Shown here: piece by piece, positions 49,093 to 58,981 of the stretch | Layout: the number at the start of each line of letters is the position of its first letter | How positions within the stretch are numbered: position 1 is the stretch's first letter | Assembly: GCA_964425935.1 (NCBI GenBank) | Contig: CAYROR010000007.1 | Span: forward strand, 1,629-65,628 | DNA length: 64,000 nt | Reading direction: 5' to 3' | Source: an uncultured Sangeribacter sp. | GTDB taxonomy: Bacteria; Bacteroidota; Bacteroidia; Bacteroidales; Muribaculaceae | Translations under genes and position numbers: made by a program | Notes under the pieces: model-generated | What the model saw: only the letters and a program-made list of their open reading frames with translations | Database searches by the model: none | Told to the model about the DNA's origin: nothing

Positions 49093-51504
49093 TCAATCGT
49101 TGAAATGCTGATAAGTGCCGTAGGTGTAGTAGCGGCTGTGGACTGCCTCTGTGCCGTTGAGAATGATGCTCATCCTGTTGAAGAGATTCTCTCTGTAGAA
49201 CCCGTCAAGCTCCGACAGCGCGCTCTTCTCGAGAAGAGCGGCACGCACCACGAAGAGAGTCCTGTCGGCAAACTGCCCGACAATTCTGGTGTCGGCCACG
49301 ATGCCCACCGGCGGACAATCGAGAAGAATATAGTCATATTCCTCTGCCGCCTCCTTTATCAGGGCTCCGATTTTTCCGTTCTCAAGCAATTCTGCGGGGT
49401 TGGGGGGAATCTTGCCTACCGGGAGAACAGAAAGGTTGGGATTGGAGGTCTTGCTGATGAGTTTTCGCCAGTCGGTTTCAGAATCGCGGAGATAGTCGGA
49501 GATCCCTTTTCCAGGGCTCCCCACTATCATGGATGCCGATCCGTGGCGCAGATCGCAATCGATCAGGAGCACCTTCTTTCGCTTCAACGAGAAGCTCAGG
49601 GCAAGATTATAAGCGATGAAGGATTTTCCACTCCCGGGATTGAATGATGTCAGCATGATGATTTCTCCGGCCTCTCTCTTGCCGGCCATGAAGTCGATAT
49701 TGCTCCGGATTATGCGGAAAGCCTCGTTGACCACGTCGCGTTTCCCCTCCTCCACAAGTCCGACCGGAGGCTTCTCTTCATCTTTCTTTCCATTGCGGCC
49801 CCATCTGATTGAAAGTTTTTTTCTCTTTCCGGCAGTTGCCAGCGGAATCTCTCCGGCGAAAGGAATCCCTGTTCTCTCAAGGTCTTTGCGGTTTCTCACT
49901 TTCGTGTTGTTGGTTTCGGAAAGATAGATCCAGACGAGGGGCACTCCCGCTCCAAGAATCACGGCGAGGAAGAGAATGAGTTTCTTTTTTGGCGACACAG
50001 GTTTCAGGGAGCCCATTGGAGGAGTGAGGATCCGTATGTTGTCGGCTGTGAATTTCCGAGTCAGTTCGTTCTCCTCCCGTTTCTCGAGCAGAAAGAGATA
50101 GAGATTTTCCTTCACCTTCTGCTGGCGTTGCTCCGACATCAGGGGGAGAATCTTTTCAGGAGTGCCCTTGATCTTGCCGCGGGCCTGCGATTGCTCCGAG
50201 CGGGCGCTCGAAAGCATCGTCTGATAGCGCCCCACCTGATTGCCCACGCCTTTCAAGATCGCTTCTCTCATTCCGTTGAGCTGGGAATCGAGGTCTTTGA
50301 TGAGCGGGTTTGACGGGGAGGCGTCTTCCACCATCCGGTTGCGTTCGATCAGAAGCTCATTATAGACGCCGATCTGTTTTTCAAGTTCCGGACTGTCGAC
50401 TCCTGTGTTCATGGGAAGGATACGGAAACTGTTGGCCGGAGAGCTGATGAAATCGTGGAGCGACCTGGCCATCTCCAGATTGTTGGATAGATTCACGGTG
50501 GAGCGCGCGTAGGCCTCCTCTTTCTCCATCATTAGTTTCACCTCCTCTTCCAGATTCAGGGAGCCTGCCGAAGCCTGGAATCCGGCGATGGTGTTGTCTA
50601 CGTCGCCCAATTCCTGCCGGATTGCTTCCAGCCGTTCGTCGATAAACGCGGAGGTTGCCATCGCGATTCGGTTTTTGTCGTCGATATACCTCCGGTTGTA
50701 GACGTTGACGATCTCGTTGAGGATGTCGACCTCCCGCTCCACGTTAACGTCTTTTATCACCAGTTCGATCACATCGGCATATTCATCCACAAGGTCTCCG
50801 TTTACCTTCTTGCCATACTCCTCCACAGCCATCTGCAGCGGAAGCTTAGTGATTGAGATATCAATGGCTTCTGTGATTCCCGGACCTTTATAGGCTGGAT
50901 TCGGAGTGATGAGAAGTCGCCCTATGGGGGTGTTAAGGGTGTCGCCGGTGGCCTTCAGTTCCGCTTCTCCCTTGTGTTTCTTTTTCCCTTCGGTCGAGAT
51001 TGAAACGAATTTGGAAAGGATGCCGCTTCCGTCGGGTTCGAGATGAAGACGTAACGATGCCCCCGCCTGTTCCCCGACGTCAAACATCGTGGCTTCCACC
51101 GGCAGGGTGGTGCCGTAAAGTGTGACCCCATGCATCCCCCCTTTCTTCACATAGTTCATGTCGAGGTGAAGAATCTTCACCACCTCTAATGTTATGGCGG
51201 GGGAGGTGATGGTGATAAGCTCGTTGTTCACGCTTGTGTTGCTTGCCAGCAGACCCAGGGAGGCGAAAGCTCCGGGAACGTTGCCGATTCCGCCTCCGGC
51301 TTCCTGATCTTTCACGAGAATCTGTTCCGATCGTTCATAGACAGGTTCTTTTGAGGCTACGTAAAGATAGGCAAGGCCTGCGAATCCGATCAAGGAGACT
51401 GCAAACCATTTCCATTTCCCCAGACACGCCTGCAGGAATTCCTTGAAAGAGAAGTCTTCCACTGCAGTGTTGGGGTTATTATTGATGTTTGGCGATTCTG
51501 ACAT
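49093..51504 (-). CDS. Polysaccharide co-polymerase / BY-kinase (Wzc-like)
   Basis: Two TM helices, EAFRIIRSN, Walker A PGSGKS, IDCDLR, LDCPP, C-terminal tyrosines RYYTYGTY. Confidence 0.93.
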   Translation of the reverse strand: MSESPNINNNPNTAVEDFSFKEFLQACLGKWKWFAVSLIGFAGLAYLYVASKEPVYERSEQILVKDQEAGGGIGNVPGAFASLGLLASNTSVNNELITITSPAITLEVVKILHLDMNYVKKGGMHGVTLYGTTLPVEATMFDVGEQAGASLRLHLEPDGSGILSKFVSISTEGKKKHKGEAELKATGDTLNTPIGRLLITPNPAYKGPGITEAIDISITKLPLQMAVEEYGKKVNGDLVDEYADVIELVIKDVNVEREVDILNEIVNVYNRRYIDDKNRIAMATSAFIDERLEAIRQELGDVDNTIAGFQASAGSLNLEEEVKLMMEKEEAYARSTVNLSNNLEMARSLHDFISSPANSFRILPMNTGVDSPELEKQIGVYNELLIERNRMVEDASPSNPLIKDLDSQLNGMREAILKGVGNQVGRYQTMLSSARSEQSQARGKIKGTPEKILPLMSEQRQQKVKENLYLFLLEKREENELTRKFTADNIRILTPPMGSLKPVSPKKKLILFLAVILGAGVPLVWIYLSETNNTKVRNRKDLERTGIPFAGEIPLATAGKRKKLSIRWGRNGKKDEEKPPVGLVEEGKRDVVNEAFRIIRSNIDFMAGKREAGEIIMLTSFNPGSGKSFIAYNLALSFSLKRKKVLLIDCDLRHGSASMIVGSPGKGISDYLRDSETDWRKLISKTSNPNLSVLPVGKIPPNPAELLENGKIGALIKEAAEEYDYILLDCPPVGIVADTRIVGQFADRTLFVVRAALLEKSALSELDGFYRENLFNRMSIILNGTEAVHSRYYTYGTYQHFND

Positions 51505-51796
51505 TGCCTTGGGTTTTGCTTCGTGATGTTGTGCGACAGATTTTTGCTCTTCCGTCCTTTTTTCAAAACGTTTCCATCCCCCTTTTTATTGAATCCCGAA
51601 GAAACTTTCCCCCTTGTATTTTCTCTGCCATCTCCATTGGCGATTCAACCGAAACCCGAAAAGTGATTGATGGCACGAAATAAAGTTGGAAGAGCTGGGA
51701 TTTGGAAGGGAAGAAGTTTTGTCTTAATTTTGCAGGTATATGAAATCAGAAATTCTACAAAAACAAACCCCGATAGGTTGATTAATCAGGGGCAAT

Positions 51797-52183
51797 ATGA
51801 TTGTTATGGAAACAATTAAGACAAAAATCGAAAACGAAGTTCAGTATAATTGGGCAATGGCGCGTATTGAAGAATTGCTTCCGAAGGTAAATGATGAGAC
51901 TCCGGACGATGATTCCAACAGCATTGAGCTGTATCTGCTGTCCGCACTTGTTGAGGAGTATGAGGATGTTCACTATCCCATCGGCACACCCTCACTGATT
52001 GATATTCTCAAATTGAGAATGTATGAGATGGGATTGTCGCAGGCTGCTCTCGCAAAAAAGATTGGTGTGAGTCCATCCCGGATATGTGATTTTCTGTCTG
52101 GAAAGAGTGAACCGACAATTAAAGTTGGCAGACGCATCTCAAAAGAGTTGAATATCGACCCGGCAATAGTGCTTGGTGTCTGA
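51797..52183 (+). CDS. HigA-like XRE/HTH antitoxin (no cognate toxin visible)
   Basis: QYNWAMARIEEL...LVEEYEDVHYPI + LSQAALAKKIGVSPSRICDFLSGKSEP; TAATTTTG at 51725-51732. Confidence 0.82.
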   Translation: MIVMETIKTKIENEVQYNWAMARIEELLPKVNDETPDDDSNSIELYLLSALVEEYEDVHYPIGTPSLIDILKLRMYEMGLSQAALAKKIGVSPSRICDFLSGKSEPTIKVGRRISKELNIDPAIVLGV

Positions 52184-52203
52184 ATGGATTCTCCATTTTT
52201 GAA

Positions 52204-53709
52204 ATGAGACTGGAATTACATAATAAATTCAGGATATTCAAGGCGATTGTGGCTACAACCATGGTCGCCATTTGCAGTCAGTCCACTTTTGCAGTTGTCG
52301 CGTCTGATTTTGACTCGCTCAGATATGAAGCAGAGGTGAGGGCCACGTTCTCCTCCGGCGAGAACACCCCATTCTGGCTCGTGAGCAATCTTCAGGGGCT
52401 CGGGTCTCCGGAAAAAAACAACGGCTTCGTGAGGGGAGCGCTCTTCAAGGATATTGACGGGAAGCGGCGTTTCTCCTGGGGCGCCGGCCTCGATCTGGTG
52501 GGGGCGTGGAGATCCACGGCTCCATTCCGGGTGCATCAGCTCTATGGAGAGCTCCGCTACAGGAGTCTCGGAGCCATTCTCGGGAGCAAGGAGATCTGGG
52601 GCGATTTCAATAATCCCCGGCTCTCATCCGGAGGATTACTCTATTCGGGAAACGCCACTCCGGTGCCGCAGCTGCGCATCGGAATCTTCGATTATGCCCC
52701 TTTCTGGGGGACACGTGGCTGGCTCAATGTGAAGGGATATATGGCTTACGGCATGTTCACCGACACTGCATGGCAGAGATCATGGGCTGCAGAGGGTTCA
52801 AAACGCACTGAAAATGTGCTCTATCATTCCAAAGGACTCTGGTTGCGCGGCGGCGATCCCGACCGTTTCCCCCTCACGGGTGAGATCGGGATAGAGATGG
52901 CATCCCAGTTCGGGGGAACTTCCATCGAAAATGGGAAGGTGGTCCATAATAAGCATGGCCTATCGGAATGGCTGAAGGCTTTCTTTCCCACCTATAAGAC
53001 CGGCGAGACCCTCCTCGGGGAGGAAACGACTGTGGATGGAAACATGGTCGGGCAATACACTATCGGGCTCCAGTGGAGCCCGCGGACTGCCGACTGGAGT
53101 GTCAGGGCCTACTATGAGCACTATTTCGAAGACCAGTCGATGATGACGTTTGAATATGGGATGTGGAAGGATGGCCTGTGGGGTGTGGAGGGAGTTCTTC
53201 CGGCCAACCGTTTCGTGTCAAGGATCGTATATGAATTCCTTTATTCGAAGGATCAGGCCGGGGCCGTAAACAACAACAGTTCGGAAAAAGTGCCCGAGCA
53301 GGTGAGCGGACGCGATAACTACTACAACCATTCCCTCTATACGGGCTGGCAACATTGGGGCATGGGGATCGGGAATCCGCTGATGATCTCTCCGGTCTAC
53401 AACGCCAGCCATCAGATCCGCTTCATGACCACACGCATCATCGGCCATCATCTCGGAATCGCCGGAAACCCGACGCATGAACTGGATTACCGCCTGTTGC
53501 TCTCATGGACAAAGAACTGGGGCTCTTATTCCCATCCTCTTCCGGAAGTGATGGATAATTTCAATGCTCTTGTTGAAGTGAACTGGAAGCCGGCGAAACT
53601 TAAGGGATGGTATGGCGGGATAGGAGTGGCCCTTGACGGGGGAGATCTTCTCGGCAAGAGCTTCGGCGTAGCTCTGAAAATCGGAAAGACAGGATTCTTT
53701 AAGTTTTAG
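52204..53709 (+). CDS. Capsule assembly Wzi-family outer-membrane protein
   Basis: TPFWLVSN, SSGGLLYSGNATPVPQ, YYEHYFED, DNYYNH; terminal F. Confidence 0.82.
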   Translation: MRLELHNKFRIFKAIVATTMVAICSQSTFAVVASDFDSLRYEAEVRATFSSGENTPFWLVSNLQGLGSPEKNNGFVRGALFKDIDGKRRFSWGAGLDLVGAWRSTAPFRVHQLYGELRYRSLGAILGSKEIWGDFNNPRLSSGGLLYSGNATPVPQLRIGIFDYAPFWGTRGWLNVKGYMAYGMFTDTAWQRSWAAEGSKRTENVLYHSKGLWLRGGDPDRFPLTGEIGIEMASQFGGTSIENGKVVHNKHGLSEWLKAFFPTYKTGETLLGEETTVDGNMVGQYTIGLQWSPRTADWSVRAYYEHYFEDQSMMTFEYGMWKDGLWGVEGVLPANRFVSRIVYEFLYSKDQAGAVNNNSSEKVPEQVSGRDNYYNHSLYTGWQHWGMGIGNPLMISPVYNASHQIRFMTTRIIGHHLGIAGNPTHELDYRLLLSWTKNWGSYSHPLPEVMDNFNALVEVNWKPAKLKGWYGGIGVALDGGDLLGKSFGVALKIGKTGFFKF

Positions 53710-53721
53710 AACCGGCAGATT

Positions 53722-54129
53722 ATGAAGACGATATTTTTAATGGCGGCCATGTTTCTCATGCTTGTTGCCGCAGGAGGATGCCAGAAGGAGCCGATAAACG
53801 GCGACCTCGATGGCCAGTGGCAGGTGATGGACGTGACGCCCGAAGCCCCGGAAACCATCATAGAGGAGCGGCTATATTATTGCTTCTCCCTCCACACGGT
53901 GCAGCTGTCATATTATGGCCCCGGACCCTGGACATCGGGCAACATCCTGAAGTTTGATGATGATCATCTGGTTCTCGAATTTCCATACGCCGACGCATAT
54001 ATCTCGATCGACAAACTCAAGCAGTATGGAATCTATTCCAACCCGGTCAGTTTCGCTATCGAGCATCTTGATAAGAACCGGATGACGCTCCGCGATGGCA
54101 ACGTTGTCATATCCCTAAGAAAGTTCTGA
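53722..54129 (+). CDS. Lipocalin-like lipoprotein
   Basis: Lipobox AGG-C, NGDLDGQWQ, terminal LRKF. Confidence 0.78.
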   Translation: MKTIFLMAAMFLMLVAAGGCQKEPINGDLDGQWQVMDVTPEAPETIIEERLYYCFSLHTVQLSYYGPGPWTSGNILKFDDDHLVLEFPYADAYISIDKLKQYGIYSNPVSFAIEHLDKNRMTLRDGNVVISLRKF

Positions 54130-54850
54130 CTTTCATCCTGGTCCAGATGGCATTGGGAATGCAATTCCAGGCTCCGACAAGTAGATTCCATCTCCAATCG
54201 ATCACGGCGATTCTTTTCTTTCTGACGATGGCTTTGATAATCAGAGGAATGGCATATTGAAGATCCATCTCCATCGGAAATTCCTTCCCTTCAGGAATCA
54301 GGGGAGTGGCGATCCATCCCGGGCGGATGTCGGTGAAGCATACGTCGGCATCCTCCTCAACGCTGAGCTGCCGCATTGCGTCGAGATAGCATTGTCCGAA
54401 TTTCTTGGATGCGGAATATGCCGACATGGCTCCGATCCCTTTTGTCCCTGCCACGGATGTGACGGCGGCAATCTGTCCCTTTAGCTTGTTATCGCGGAAA
54501 TAACGGTAGGCATTGCTGATCATTCTTGCGAATCCCATGGCGTTAGTGGCCACCATGTCAACCTCACGTTCCGGGTCGAGACCGGGATTGTCATATCCGA
54601 TTCCGGCCACATGTATATAGATGTCCATTCCTCCGGTTTTCCCGATCAGTTCCAGAAGTTTTTTCCCGGCATCATGATGGGTCACGTCAATACTTTCATA
54701 TTCCACGCTGCCCGGATATTTCTCCTTCAGGCTTTTGAGTTTCGATGTGTGTCTCGCACCCAGACCGACCCGGATACCCCTGGATGCGAGTGCCTCCGCC
54801 AGACCATATCCTATTCCTGATGAGGCTCCGATGATAATAATCTTTTTCAT
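54107..54850 (-). CDS. Short-chain dehydrogenase/reductase
   Basis: IIGASSGIG, YSASK, DIRPG. Confidence 0.92.
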   Translation of the reverse strand: MKKIIIIGASSGIGYGLAEALASRGIRVGLGARHTSKLKSLKEKYPGSVEYESIDVTHHDAGKKLLELIGKTGGMDIYIHVAGIGYDNPGLDPEREVDMVATNAMGFARMISNAYRYFRDNKLKGQIAAVTSVAGTKGIGAMSAYSASKKFGQCYLDAMRQLSVEEDADVCFTDIRPGWIATPLIPEGKEFPMEMDLQYAIPLIIKAIVRKKRIAVIDWRWNLLVGAWNCIPNAIWTRMKVRTFLGI

Positions 54851-54881
54851 GACTCATGTATTAAGATGGTGAGACTAAGGT

Positions 54882-55160
54882 TCAGCATTTCTGATCGCTG
54901 TTTCTTTTAGCGGCGAATTCAAGAAGCTCTTGCGGGAAATTGAAGTAGTAATCGTAGCGTATGTCGCCACATCGGGCATTATATTTCTGCCCCTCAAAAT
55001 CGAAGTCTCCGATTTCCGCTATCAGCATCTCGTCAACGTTGATCTCAACATGAAAAACTGTTATGCCGTCGTAAGATGTCACCGACACCGTTCCCGACAC
55101 TCTGTCATCATTTGAATTGATTCCCGGAAGAATCCCGAAAGTGGTTTTTACTTCATTCAT
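54882..55160 (-). CDS. Small hypothetical protein
   Basis: 92-aa ORF with ATG after an AT-rich leader, co-directional with its neighbours; no motif recognised. Confidence 0.5.
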   Translation of the reverse strand: MNEVKTTFGILPGINSNDDRVSGTVSVTSYDGITVFHVEINVDEMLIAEIGDFDFEGQKYNARCGDIRYDYYFNFPQELLEFAAKRNSDQKC

Positions 55161-55377
55161 AGTTCTTTTACATAATAAGCATTTGATTAATTGGAGTGTG
55201 CTTCGAGAGGAGTCCGGCTTGTCATCATAAAAGTGGCTGAATCCGGATCATTGGAGAAGCCATCCTCCTTAGTATAAACCCTTCAGGCCTACCTAAAGTT
55301 TTCCCGATGTCAGTATCCTTATCCTGATAAATCTCTTAGTCTTTTATAGGCATAGTGTGGATTATGAAAAAAAACAC

Positions 55378-57939
55378 TTAGTGGAAATTGAATTGGACTG
55401 ATGCAAGGATATTACGGGGGCGGATCCGGAAGGAATGCTCCGAACGGGAGAGTGTTCCGTAGGTCACATATTGATAGTGCCGTTTGTCAAGGAGATTGTT
55501 GGCGGTAAGAGAAAGACGCACTTTGCTGCTTACGTGCCATACGGCTGATGTGTCAAGCAGCATAAGGTTATCGACATTGCCTTCCGGAAATTTTGATAGA
55601 AAATGCTCTGCACCCACAGAGAATTGCCATCGGTCATGCCGTATAATGGTGGCATGGAATTTCTGATTGAATGAGTGGGTGCTATTGTCAGTGTTGCCAA
55701 TTTTCAACTCCGAGAATCCATAGTTTGCGTCATAGTTCACAGAAAGCCACTTACACACACTGCCCTTGAAATATGCTTTTAAGCTAATGGTCTGTTGGCT
55801 GTAATCCTCAACAATGTTGTCGCGCATCGACGCCGCCGAACTCATAGAGGCATTCACATCCACGCCCATGACCATGCGGCTGTGGCCGAGACCTTTGCTG
55901 AGACCGCCTGTGATGCTCCAGAAATGACTGCCCGAAAGCCTGTCGGCGTATGTTGACACGACGAAATCATCAATGAACAATTGGTTTGACATAAGTGAGC
56001 TGCGGCTGTAATTGTAGGTCAGCGAGGCGTTGGCAAAGAAAGATGTCAGAGGATTGCGATATTTATAGCTCGCTGTAGTGGCAACATTCTGCGAATACTT
56101 ATCAATGGCAGTGGCGATGAAAATATTGCGGTAATCTGACATAACGGGCACGTCGATATTCATGTAAGCCTGAGGCGAACTGAGCTTATATGAAATGGAG
56201 GCATAAATCTCACTTTTTGCCGATGTTTTCTTGCGTATGTAGACTCTTGGAAAGAGATTTATGTAGTCATGCCGGTTGTCTATGCTATGATGCAGCCATT
56301 TCGCCTGTATTTTGGTTGACAGGAGCCAGCCATTGCGCTCGTAGTCAAGTTGGGGAGTGGCGTATATATTTGAAAGGAATGTGCTGAAATATCGCGAATT
56401 GTTGAAATCACCCATTCCATCCAGGAATAAATCCAAGCGATGATAATTCAAATCAACACCTCCGTTGATGTATAATTTCCAGAAACGGCCTAACTTGCCC
56501 CAACGTGTTTCAGTGGTGCTTCGAAAGTCAGTGGTGCTGACGTTTTGTGTCGCATTCTCCTCTCCAATTACAAACAGTCTGTCGGGACGAAGCGAGAACG
56601 AATTTCGCGATGTCAGTTCAAATAGTTTCTTGTCGTTGCGCTTCACAAGTTTCAGATCGTTGTTGGCAGAAAAATTGCGGCGACGGATACGCTGGTCGAG
56701 GTCAAAAGATCCGGTTATTGCGGAGTGGGAATTTTCCCAGACTCCTTCAACCGTAAGTTTGTCTTTCAGAAAATAGCCACGCTTGTTAATCTGCATGTTG
56801 AATTGGGCCGAGATATCGTGACTCTGCGTGCGCATGGTATTGTTTTGGATAAACTCCGGAATCGATTGGCTGAAGTAATCTGTCTGCAATCCGGAATTAT
56901 AATCGAGTCTGTCGCCTACATAGTTCAGTTTGATCCTCATCGAGGTGTCGCCACGCTTCCATGCCGTGATTGAGTTGGCGAGCCACGACAGATTATCGCG
57001 TGTGCGCTTCTCATTCAGCGGGGCATTTATAACGTCGGCAGCTATATATTCCGGCCATAACGACTCTGAATAGCCTGTGAAAGAGATGTCGCTGAAGTCA
57101 TGTTCCGTAATCTGCTCGGCAGGATTCCATCCTGAGTTTCCTCCGCGAACAGTCAGGATATTCTGAATCTTCGGAGCAATACGCATGGTATATAGTGAGC
57201 CGTCGAATAAGATCGGTTGCACGCCGGATGCTGCTTTGGCTACGCCAACAAATTTCCCTTTCGCTCCTTCGTTGAGCTTGATATTGATACCTGCCTCTTC
57301 GGGAAACTCAATGCCTTCAAGAGCCTTCACAGGCTGATGATTCTCCATCACCTCCACCGACTTCACATCCTTATGAGAAATATTATTGGTGGCGAGTCCA
57401 TATTGTCCGTCAATAAAATCGTTCCCGTCAATATAGAACTTGTTGATCGGTTTCCCCTGATACTTGATGGTTCCATCCTCTTCGACTTTGATGCCCGGCA
57501 GACGTTTTATAACGTCGATGATGGCATTGTCGGAGGCATTGGCGTAATGAGCGACGTTAAACACGAGAGTGTCGCCCTTTGCGTAGATGTCGGGAGCCTT
57601 CACAATCACATCGTTCAATTGTGTTGCCTTGGGCCACATTTCCACACCTTTAGCGAAGTCATAGTCTTTGGGTATCTTAAGTGATTCATATCCCATGCAT
57701 CGGAAAGAAATTGAATCGGTGGAATTGGAAATTTTGATCTTGAATATGCCGTCAGCATTCGATGAAGCAAATGCAATGGCTTTCCCTTGCTTGTTGAGCG
57801 CTTGCACAACGGCTCCAACTACGGGTTGGCCGTTTTCTCCGTCAGTGATGGTTGCGGAGGCCGTTTCCGGGACTGCGGCCGAAGCCGACAGCAGTCCGAG
57901 GAAAAGGCTGAGTATGAAAAAACTGTATCTTGTCATCAT
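55378..57939 (-). CDS. Outer-membrane receptor-like protein (GLPGLI-associated)
   Basis: Carboxypeptidase-regulatory-like N-domain, KGDTLVFNV...KRLPGIKV, VEVMENHQPVKAL, barrel C-terminus. Confidence 0.85.
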   Translation of the reverse strand: MMTRYSFFILSLFLGLLSASAAVPETASATITDGENGQPVVGAVVQALNKQGKAIAFASSNADGIFKIKISNSTDSISFRCMGYESLKIPKDYDFAKGVEMWPKATQLNDVIVKAPDIYAKGDTLVFNVAHYANASDNAIIDVIKRLPGIKVEEDGTIKYQGKPINKFYIDGNDFIDGQYGLATNNISHKDVKSVEVMENHQPVKALEGIEFPEEAGINIKLNEGAKGKFVGVAKAASGVQPILFDGSLYTMRIAPKIQNILTVRGGNSGWNPAEQITEHDFSDISFTGYSESLWPEYIAADVINAPLNEKRTRDNLSWLANSITAWKRGDTSMRIKLNYVGDRLDYNSGLQTDYFSQSIPEFIQNNTMRTQSHDISAQFNMQINKRGYFLKDKLTVEGVWENSHSAITGSFDLDQRIRRRNFSANNDLKLVKRNDKKLFELTSRNSFSLRPDRLFVIGEENATQNVSTTDFRSTTETRWGKLGRFWKLYINGGVDLNYHRLDLFLDGMGDFNNSRYFSTFLSNIYATPQLDYERNGWLLSTKIQAKWLHHSIDNRHDYINLFPRVYIRKKTSAKSEIYASISYKLSSPQAYMNIDVPVMSDYRNIFIATAIDKYSQNVATTASYKYRNPLTSFFANASLTYNYSRSSLMSNQLFIDDFVVSTYADRLSGSHFWSITGGLSKGLGHSRMVMGVDVNASMSSAASMRDNIVEDYSQQTISLKAYFKGSVCKWLSVNYDANYGFSELKIGNTDNSTHSFNQKFHATIIRHDRWQFSVGAEHFLSKFPEGNVDNLMLLDTSAVWHVSSKVRLSLTANNLLDKRHYQYVTYGTLSRSEHSFRIRPRNILASVQFNFH

Positions 57940-58817
57940 TTTCGCCAGTCACGTTCGATATAATCGTAAGATAAGTCAACAGGTTCATTTGAGAGGTTCA
58001 CCGGAGTTCCCGTTTCATCGACCACATTAACATGGTTACCGGTAACGGTTTCGTAAAAGCCGAAAGGATTTATATCAAATTGATGTTTCGCATCATAATA
58101 CTTCAGTCGGGAAGTATGATTGTATGGCACCTTATATATCGTTATGGGTCTTGAAGCATTGGATTTAATACCGATGCATTCAAATACATATTCCCCTTTT
58201 TTGTCGGATGCTTTCATTATGAGACCGGGCAAGCCATGCAGTTTCCAGGGACCCTCCATGACAGGGATCTCCTCGGCATAGAAAACAGTCCACTCACGGC
58301 CCCTGAAATTGCATTTGGCAGAGTGGCAGTCGTAGCCAAGAACATTCATCACGCTGTCTGTCAATTCCCATTCCAACTCAGGAATATCTTCTTCATATCG
58401 GAACCAGTCCATGCACACTTTATCCGTTTGGGTAAGCTTCCCATCTGGGTAGTTTTTGAAGATTGTCATAAAATCTCCATTTGAAAGCTTCCTCTCCAGA
58501 ATGGCATCGACCACCTGATCCTCTGACATCTTCATCAGAATAGAATCCACGGTAAGATTCTTATAGCTTGAGAACTTCGTTATCCCGTTCCGGGCAATCT
58601 GGAGCAACATCCGGTCAGAGGTCAGATTATCCTCGAAATTGCCAGCGGTGTCGTTACACCATCTGTAGTCATAGACAAACTCCATTGTTCCGTTGGAAAT
58701 GGTTTCGGTTTCGGGAACCGTGGTTTGAGGAATCGTCAGAATATTGCGACGCCCTTTGCCTGATACGGCCATCGTCAGAGTCAGGATGGCCATAAAGATA
58801 ATTGTTGTTTTTTTCAT
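57936..58817 (-). CDS. GLPGLI family protein
   Basis: FRGREWTVFYAEEIP..GPWKLHGLPGLIM; start at MKKTT. Confidence 0.92.
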   Translation of the reverse strand: MKKTTIIFMAILTLTMAVSGKGRRNILTIPQTTVPETETISNGTMEFVYDYRWCNDTAGNFEDNLTSDRMLLQIARNGITKFSSYKNLTVDSILMKMSEDQVVDAILERKLSNGDFMTIFKNYPDGKLTQTDKVCMDWFRYEEDIPELEWELTDSVMNVLGYDCHSAKCNFRGREWTVFYAEEIPVMEGPWKLHGLPGLIMKASDKKGEYVFECIGIKSNASRPITIYKVPYNHTSRLKYYDAKHQFDINPFGFYETVTGNHVNVVDETGTPVNLSNEPVDLSYDYIERDWRK

Positions 58818-58880
58818 TTCGTTGTATTTTTGTTTCACGATGCAAAGTTACCGCCCCGCTCTCCTATGAGACGAAAATAA

Positions 58881-58922
58881 TCATTACTCAAACATTATGG
58901 AATTATTACTGAATTATTACTG
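58881..58922. promoter_or_regulatory. Four 11-bp-phased direct repeats (candidate OmpR-type boxes) between divergent promoters
   Basis: ATTAC/ATTAT at 58883, 58894, 58905 and 58916; TAACTTTG (-) at 58843-58850 and TAATTTTG (+) at 58970-58977. Confidence 0.65.
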
Positions 58923-58981
58923 TCGGTCAATTATCCATCGTTTCAGACCTCAATATTATAGATAATAGCTAATTTTGCATC

